NCBI GenBank assembly: GCA_016215455.1
Contig: JACRJP010000003.1
Location: 124-64,123, forward strand
DNA: 64,000 bases
DNA from: Candidatus Tayloriibacteriota bacterium
Lineage (GTDB): Bacteria; Patescibacteriota; Minisyncoccia; Phycocordibacterales; PALSA-1337
Direction: 5' to 3'
Shown piece after piece: positions 59,122 through 64,000 of the stretch. Position 1 is the stretch's first letter. Each line of letters starts with the position of its first letter. Made by a program: the position numbers and the translations under genes. Under the pieces are notes generated by a model that was given only the letters and a program-made list of their open reading frames with translations, did no database searches and was not told the DNA's origin.

Positions 59122-59751
59122 ATGAAACCTGCATCACCTCTCTGTGTCCAGGCCTTTACAAAACCTGGTCAGTCTCGTCGGATCCGCAATGCAGCAGCTG
59201 CTCAAATGAGCCCTCTCAGGCGAGCCCTGCACAAGCAACACCTCGGGTATTTTAACCCGGCGACACTCCATGATCACAAGTGCGCTCAATACGCGCGACT
59301 TCTCAACGAATACATTCGTGCGAAAGTGCCCCTCATCAAAGGTTTTGGTGATTGGATCTTTTTGGGAACCCTTCTGGTCTGCAGCCTGACGTTGGGGTAT
59401 AACGGGTATTTTCTTTGGTCGCTTGGTTTTCTTTCAATCATGACGTTGACTCTTTGGAGCTCTTACACTTCTCGCCAAAAAGCGGCCTATCGAGAATTTG
59501 TTCGGTTGTATAACTGGCAAGAAGCATCTCTCTACCGATCGAGATGCTTCGCCTGCCCTAGGGTTGACGAATTGATCGAATCTCTCGAAAACTACTTCGA
59601 GGTCCACTGTCCAACAGCTGTGATGCGTATCGAGTTTCTTGGGCCCGACCCGATTCTCTGGGTCATGGACCACGAAACTCACGAAAAATACGCGATTGCG
59701 GCATGGAAAGATCCTAACGATCCTACCCCGATCATTGCTCGGGTGTGGTAA
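59122..59751 (+). CDS. GC-rich hypothetical protein with two TM helices, between tRNA genes (start uncertain)
   Basis: About 55% GC. Hydrophobic helices (DWIFLGTLLVCSLTLGY, FLWSLGFLSIMTLTLW). No known domain. Confidence 0.35.
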   Translation: MKPASPLCVQAFTKPGQSRRIRNAAAAQMSPLRRALHKQHLGYFNPATLHDHKCAQYARLLNEYIRAKVPLIKGFGDWIFLGTLLVCSLTLGYNGYFLWSLGFLSIMTLTLWSSYTSRQKAAYREFVRLYNWQEASLYRSRCFACPRVDELIESLENYFEVHCPTAVMRIEFLGPDPILWVMDHETHEKYAIAAWKDPNDPTPIIARVW

Positions 59752-59879
59752 AGAGACTTCTCATGAATTCAGATGTTTGCTTTTTTATTAACACTATTCT
59801 CATAATCTTATTGCGCACATTGGTTTTTTTTGGTATATTCCACCAAGCTATTTAACAATTTGGTTTCCAAATAAAATAT

Positions 59880-59955
59880 GCACCCATAGCTCAGTTGGTA
59901 GAGCATCCGCCTCTTAAGCGGTTGGTCGTAGGTTCGAATCCTACTGGGTGCACCA
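59880..59955 (+). tRNA. tRNA-Lys (anticodon CUU), CCA encoded
   Basis: Acceptor GCACCCA/TGGGTGC, D-arm GCTC-AGTTGGTA-GAGC, anticodon loop CTCTTAA, T-loop TTCGAAT, 3' ACCA. Confidence 0.8.
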
Positions 59956-60002
59956 GGTTGTAAGAAAAGATCGGTCCGTGTTTCTAAAGTTACTACATTC
60001 AT

Positions 60003-60084
60003 ATGCCGGGATGGCGAAATTGGCAGACGCACTTGCCTTAGGAGCAAGCGGGGTAACCCATGGAGGTTCAAGTCCTCTTCCCGG
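60003..60084 (+). tRNA. tRNA-Leu (anticodon UAG), type II
   Basis: Acceptor GCCGGGA/TCCCGGC, anticodon stem CTTGC/GCAAG, loop CTTAGGA, long variable arm, T-loop TTCAAGT. Confidence 0.8.
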
Positions 60085-60172
60085 CACAATCAAGATACTC
60101 AACACTTAAAAATGGCTTCAATAAGCCATAAATTTACCTTACAACATCCATAGACATCCGCCAATAGATCTA

Positions 60173-60202
60173 TTGACATGTACCAATGTTATATGCTATA
60201 AT
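60173..60202 (+). promoter_or_regulatory. Sigma70-like promoter (TTGACA-N18-TATAAT-AGTA) followed by a hairpin-rich ~140-nt leader
   Basis: Exact hexamers. The leader 60205-60343 contains nested inverted repeats (GGTTCTCT...AGAGATCC; GAGC-ATTA-GGCTC; TCGCT-TGT-AGCGA). Confidence 0.45.
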
Positions 60203-60343
60203 AGTACCAGAAGATTGGATTAGGGGTTCTCTGAGCATTAGGCTCAGATGAGCCTACAGAGATCCTTGAAACATTCGACCTTCGACTAGTGCGTCGCTTG
60301 TAGCGATGTTAGTCAACCAAAAATTCGGTTAGCTCGACATACC

Positions 60344-61402
60344 ATGCCTACTCCTGCCGCTCCCGCCTCCCCTGCCTCGACCCCTGTCACTGGTCCGAAG
60401 TATACGGCCGCCCAAATGGCGGATAGCAACTTCCATCCGGACCAACTGAATGACAAGTCAGGGAAAAAGTTAACAGGTGGCGCTCTTGCCGCCCGTAAGG
60501 TTGCTCTCCTGGATTTCCAGGAAGCTGCACTTTCTTTTCCATCCGCTCCTGCTGCAAGCGCTGCTCCGGCAGTTCCTGCTGGAACGCCTGCCGCTACTCC
60601 TACCCTGCCGGCTACGCCCTCAGGGGGAGTTTCGCGGACCCACATCATGTGGGCGATCGTGATTCTCCTCTTGGCGTTGCTTGGACTGACTGGCTGGCTC
60701 GCAAAGTCCTACCTGGACAAGCGCACGCCTGCCGCCTCTTCACCCGTCGGTGGAGCAAGTGGTGGTCAACCTGTTGCGTCGGAAAGCAATGGGATTACTG
60801 GAATCATCCCCGCCGGCTCCGTCACGAACGTGACGGAAGACGTTGAAAAACGTCGAATCACCCTCACTGGCGACGTTCTCGTGACCAACGTCACGAAGCG
60901 GATTCACACCACTACGGTCACAAGCCCTGGTGGTGCTGGAAATCCTGGAGGGTTCATCCTGAACCAGACGATCCAGCAGTTCAACGGTAGTGGTCAATCG
61001 ACCCTTCCCACCAATGACTGTCGGACAAATCGGTTCGGCGGCGTGAATCCCAGGATGTCGCCCGAGGTTGCTCGGCTGGCCCAACAAGGCAAGCTGAAGA
61101 CCTACGAAGCATCCGAAGACGGCACCTTGCCCCAGTGTATTCATGTGCCGAGTGGTGAGGCTGCGGTGATCCTCATGCCGGAACACATGGACCTCGTCAC
61201 TCGCCAGCTCAACCGGCGCAACATTGCTGTCTACTTCGACGAGCGCACGCTCGAAGAGGAAAAGCAGCGAATCGCGAGTGGTGTTCCCTCAATCTCGGAA
61301 CGAGTCTACCTCGTCAACCGAGACCAAGGACTCACACCTGCGCAAGTCGCACTGCTGTGGAGCAACGAAGGTTCGAATGAGGGTTTGGTTGCTGCTCGAT
61401 GA
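60344..61402 (+). CDS. GC-rich Pro/Ala-rich bitopic membrane protein (cytoplasmic PA-rich N-terminus, one TM, extracytoplasmic domain)
   Basis: About 60% GC. PAAPASPASTP / APAASAAPAVPAGTPAATPTLPATP low complexity. TM IMWAIVILLLALLGLTGWLA. No known domain. Confidence 0.5.
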   Translation: MPTPAAPASPASTPVTGPKYTAAQMADSNFHPDQLNDKSGKKLTGGALAARKVALLDFQEAALSFPSAPAASAAPAVPAGTPAATPTLPATPSGGVSRTHIMWAIVILLLALLGLTGWLAKSYLDKRTPAASSPVGGASGGQPVASESNGITGIIPAGSVTNVTEDVEKRRITLTGDVLVTNVTKRIHTTTVTSPGGAGNPGGFILNQTIQQFNGSGQSTLPTNDCRTNRFGGVNPRMSPEVARLAQQGKLKTYEASEDGTLPQCIHVPSGEAAVILMPEHMDLVTRQLNRRNIAVYFDERTLEEEKQRIASGVPSISERVYLVNRDQGLTPAQVALLWSNEGSNEGLVAAR

Positions 61403-61497
61403 GCACACCTACCCTCGCAGAGGCCGCGGACAAAGTACTAGCAATAGCTACGATGTCCCCGGTCTTTTTATTTATATACAGAGCCATAGATATACTA

Positions 61498-61528
61498 TTG
61501 ACTATACAGCTCATATTATGGTATAATA
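61498..61528 (+). promoter_or_regulatory. Sigma70-like promoter (TTGACT-N19-TATAAT-AGTA)
   Basis: Same TATAATAGTA extended -10 context as the promoter at 60173. Confidence 0.35.
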
Positions 61529-61587
61529 GTATAGGAAAACAACCGAAATCAAGGCCGTGTGGTCTTTGATAACCCCATAGCGATTTT

Positions 61588-62736
61588 ATGAACACACTCG
61601 AAAGATTAGTGGAGTATCTCTACTGTCTACTCAACGGTATACCCCAGACGGTCCCTGTAAATGGAACCGTCGACAACGGTGTCGAAATATTGACGCCGTT
61701 AAACAAGGTCAAAAAGCACCCCATGAATGCTTCGTGGGTATGCGTAATAGCTGGGTGGATCACCCTCTTCCTACACGTATGGGTGCCTAAAGCATTCATT
61801 ACAGGACTCATCTACCACAAGTTTCCCTCGACTGTAAATTACGGTTCGGTTGTGGAAACACTGGGCTGGATTATTGGAGGACTGTGTTTGATTGCAGCAC
61901 TCAAGACCTACCTGTTCGAAGCCATTTTTGTGGCAACCGAAACAGGAAAAGCTCGAATCGTTGAAGGGACTTTTCTGAGCAAGATCAATCCCAAACCCTT
62001 CACCTATCAAGACACCGGCGTTGCTGGTGAACGAGAATATGTTGGACCAGGACTGAAATTTAAGTGGTTCACCAACAAAGTTGATGACAAAAAGGTAGCA
62101 AACCTCGACGTTGTCGTTCTCGATCTGATATTTACTGATCTAGTCACCAAAGACAACTATGTGGTAGGTGAAATCACCACAAGAGTGACCTATCGGACCT
62201 TGTTAGGGTTTGGTCTTCTCAGCCGCTTCACGCGTGCAACAAAAGAAGATCGCGAAAAGCTCATTAGGGCGAAGATCGAACTGTTCTTGCGGCGGGAAGT
62301 AGGTCAGTATCCCTACCTCCAGTTCATGAACTTGGCATTCAAAGAAGGCTTTACCAGCCAACTTCGCGCGAAGATGAAACAAGTCTTCGGCGGTCAAGAC
62401 TATCTGTCTGAGCTCGAGCTGCAATTGGCAATTACAACCGACAACCTCGAAGTAATCGGGTTTGTTCTCACCAAGAGACAACTTGCTGCATTTGAGACAC
62501 AACGCATTGCAGGTCTCATTGCAGAAGTGACTGAAAGATTCTACCGTCTGTGTGGTCTCAGTGACACACAGATGCCTGCAAACCTCACTCCAGATCAAGC
62601 GGCACGAATCGCCCAACAACGACTTCAAGTCATTGTCATGGTCGAACGAATGTTCGCCGATCCCAAGAAACGCCAAGACGTCATCTTTTCGGGTGGCGCT
62701 GGTGGTGTGCGGGGTGGCGGACGGATTGCAGTCTAA
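61588..62736 (+). CDS. SPFH/band-7 (stomatin/prohibitin-like) domain membrane protein
   Basis: N-terminal TM helices, then ARIVEGTFLSKINPKPFTYQDTGVAGEREYVGPGLKFKWF...ANLDVVVLDLIFTDLVTKDNYVVGEITTRVTYR typical of the SPFH core, coiled-coil region, Gly-rich C-terminus. Confidence 0.55.
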   Translation: MNTLERLVEYLYCLLNGIPQTVPVNGTVDNGVEILTPLNKVKKHPMNASWVCVIAGWITLFLHVWVPKAFITGLIYHKFPSTVNYGSVVETLGWIIGGLCLIAALKTYLFEAIFVATETGKARIVEGTFLSKINPKPFTYQDTGVAGEREYVGPGLKFKWFTNKVDDKKVANLDVVVLDLIFTDLVTKDNYVVGEITTRVTYRTLLGFGLLSRFTRATKEDREKLIRAKIELFLRREVGQYPYLQFMNLAFKEGFTSQLRAKMKQVFGGQDYLSELELQLAITTDNLEVIGFVLTKRQLAAFETQRIAGLIAEVTERFYRLCGLSDTQMPANLTPDQAARIAQQRLQVIVMVERMFADPKKRQDVIFSGGAGGVRGGGRIAV

Positions 62737-62754
62737 CCTTCAACGACACACCTT

Positions 62755-63216
62755 ATGGCAGAGGAAAAAAACTACAGAGATGACCTCAAGTCATACTCCC
62801 CCGTAATTGACTGGCTCAAAAAGGCTGTCTACTGGGGAGGCGGCATCATTACCGTCGTAGTCCTGTGGGATCTATGGACAGCAACAAAGGCTCCAAAGAG
62901 CTTCGCGGAACGCCGAGAGGTTCGTTCGGCTATCGAAGCAGGATTACCTGAAACGGTTCAAGACTTCAGAGTCGACCGAAATTGGCAGCAGAAGATTCTG
63001 GTAGGCAAAATTGCCAACTACGAATTCAATATGCTCCAAACGGGTGTCATAGGACAAGTGGTTGTGAACAACGACTTCTCTCGTGCCTACGACTTCGCTA
63101 TCGGGACGGACATTGATCTTGGATCACAACAAGTAACCTCATTGTCGTTTCGGCTTCGGCCAGACCAGGAGGTTATAGCAGCGCCGATGTATTTGCGTGT
63201 TATACGGAGACAGTAA
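62755..63216 (+). CDS. Small membrane-anchored protein, possibly NfeD-like partner of the SPFH protein
   Basis: 153 aa. One TM (VYWGGGIITVVVLWDLW) plus about 100-aa beta-rich soluble domain. Immediately downstream (18-nt gap) of the SPFH gene as in SPFH-NfeD operons. Confidence 0.3.
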   Translation: MAEEKNYRDDLKSYSPVIDWLKKAVYWGGGIITVVVLWDLWTATKAPKSFAERREVRSAIEAGLPETVQDFRVDRNWQQKILVGKIANYEFNMLQTGVIGQVVVNNDFSRAYDFAIGTDIDLGSQQVTSLSFRLRPDQEVIAAPMYLRVIRRQ

Positions 63217-63243
63217 ATCCGAAATACACAACATCGGAAAGCA

Positions 63244-63285
63244 CGGGGGCCGGACGCTTACGCGACCGGCCCTCCTTTTATTTTA
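63244..63285 (+). terminator. Rho-independent terminator
   Basis: GGGGGCCGG-ACGCTTACGCGA-CCGGCCCTCC followed by TTTTATTTT. Confidence 0.65.
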
Positions 63286-63314
63286 TAAAGTCACATCTAA
63301 TACTCTCGATATTT

Positions 63315-63614
63315 TTAGAAATTTGCAGGTACTCCGATAGTTGAGAGTACAAAACGAATGATTCCCCATACCGAGACCATGATGAACATCCCTACAACTC
63401 CCCAGAGAATATGTTGTGCTCCCTCTGCCCGTTTTGCACCATCAGCTTCAGAAATAAAATACTGATAGAGCCCCCAAATGAAGATAACTGTAGCGAGAGC
63501 AAAGACAAGGTCAACAATAGGGTTCACCACATTATCAAGCACCTTAGACAAAATCCCCGCAACGGCGGGGTTTTGACTTGTTTGAGCGTATGCAGTTGCA
63601 ATAAAGCTCACCAT
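63315..63614 (-). CDS. Small two-helix membrane protein, VirB2/TrbC-pilin-like (paralog of 63621-63986)
   Basis: 99 aa. Hydrophobic helix - charged loop (SEADGAKRAEGAQ) - hydrophobic helix. Start immediately after the stop of the upstream paralog. Confidence 0.4.
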   Translation of the reverse strand: MVSFIATAYAQTSQNPAVAGILSKVLDNVVNPIVDLVFALATVIFIWGLYQYFISEADGAKRAEGAQHILWGVVGMFIMVSVWGIIRFVLSTIGVPANF

Positions 63615-63620
63615 ATAGAT

Positions 63621-63986
63621 TTAGCGAATACGAACGTCTGGAATTGTTGGGAACTCCTGGTAAGGAACCTGCTGGTTACTACCGAAGTTGAATGATCGTC
63701 GGAGAAGTCCTACAAGACCCCAGATAGAGAGGATGAGGAAGAGACCGATAATACCGTAGATAACCATAGTCTTTCCTTCTTTCTTCTTGTCTTCGTCACC
63801 TGCGATAATGTACACCACGATAGCATACACCAAATAGATAACAGCAAACGAAATGAAGATTGGAATAAGAGCATTACCAATACTTACAAGCTTCGCAAGC
63901 AAACTATTAACATCAGTAATTTGCTGAGCTGACGCAAGCACTGGAAACGCTGAGGCAAAAACTGCTAGACCTAAAATTTTTTTCAT
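63621..63986 (-). CDS. Small secreted two-helix membrane protein, VirB2/TrbC-pilin-like
   Basis: 121 aa. Signal peptide MKKILGLAVFASAFPVLASA, mature part starting QQ..., helix - loop (GDEDKKKEGK) - helix. Confidence 0.4.
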   Translation of the reverse strand: MKKILGLAVFASAFPVLASAQQITDVNSLLAKLVSIGNALIPIFISFAVIYLVYAIVVYIIAGDEDKKKEGKTMVIYGIIGLFLILSIWGLVGLLRRSFNFGSNQQVPYQEFPTIPDVRIR

Positions 63987-64000
63987 AATAATTTGTTACG

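Noticed and set aside
59808-60089. 93-aa minus-strand ORF
   Set aside because: Runs antisense through tRNA-Lys and tRNA-Leu(UAG); spurious.
60313-61186. Minus-strand ORFs (111 and 148 aa) inside the GC-rich PA-rich gene
   Set aside because: Antisense ORFs of this kind are expected in high-GC coding sequence; no independent support.
1-64000. Alternative genetic code (UGA recoding, as in some CPR lineages)
   Set aside because: TGA terminates several well-supported genes (dus at 29951-29953, rbfA at 58176-58178) and tRNA-Trp has the standard CCA anticodon, so translation table 11 applies.
1-64000. CRISPR arrays, transposases/IS elements, rRNA genes
   Set aside because: No regularly spaced direct repeats, no DDE/HUH/serine-recombinase-like ORFs, and no rRNA-like conserved stretches were seen anywhere in the window.

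Overview
AT-rich (about 40% GC) bacterial chromosomal segment. The gene content fits a reduced-genome monoderm lineage, possibly Patescibacteria/CPR-like. Evidence: a short gamma-only dnaX (345 aa), a short IF-2 (516 aa), many salvage and housecleaning enzymes, and many large secreted beta-propeller and Ig-like surface proteins. Core genes recognised: dnaX, dus, dacA-like S11 carboxypeptidase, FtsQ-like, serS, dprA, DEAD-box helicase, topA, parB, miaA, alr, clpB, cysteine desulfurase, infB, rbfA, rpmG, ABC-F, plus 8 tRNAs (Gln, Leu-CAA, Trp, Tyr, Cys, Leu-TAA, Lys, Leu-TAG). No CRISPR array, no transposase and no rRNA were seen. UGA is used as a stop codon, so this is the standard code. Features worth a second look: (1) at 1-5.6 kb, a surface-protein cluster resembling Firmicutes csc/WxL cell-surface-complex loci (two paralogous WxL-like secreted proteins flanking a DUF916/DUF3324-like C-terminally anchored protein, plus an Fn3 anchored protein), adjacent to a membrane-tethered HTH regulator whose upstream region carries an array of ATCTCGG/CCGAGAT repeats; (2) at 7.9-13.3 kb, a tightly packed co-directional operon: SET-domain methyltransferase, flavin amine oxidase, ABC exporter, xylose-isomerase-like TIM barrel, Fe/2OG oxygenase; (3) several GC-rich islets (55-60% GC) in the AT-rich background, especially in the tRNA-rich 54.6-63.2 kb end, carrying foreign-looking genes with their own consensus promoters and terminators; (4) a GC-rich ORF-free ~300-nt locus with promoter and intrinsic terminator directly upstream of dnaX (candidate SRP RNA); (5) a cluster of nucleotide/RNA-end processing enzymes (kinases, HIT, 2H phosphoesterase, two NUDIX, HAD); (6) tandem VirB2/TrbC-pilin-like small genes at the window edge.
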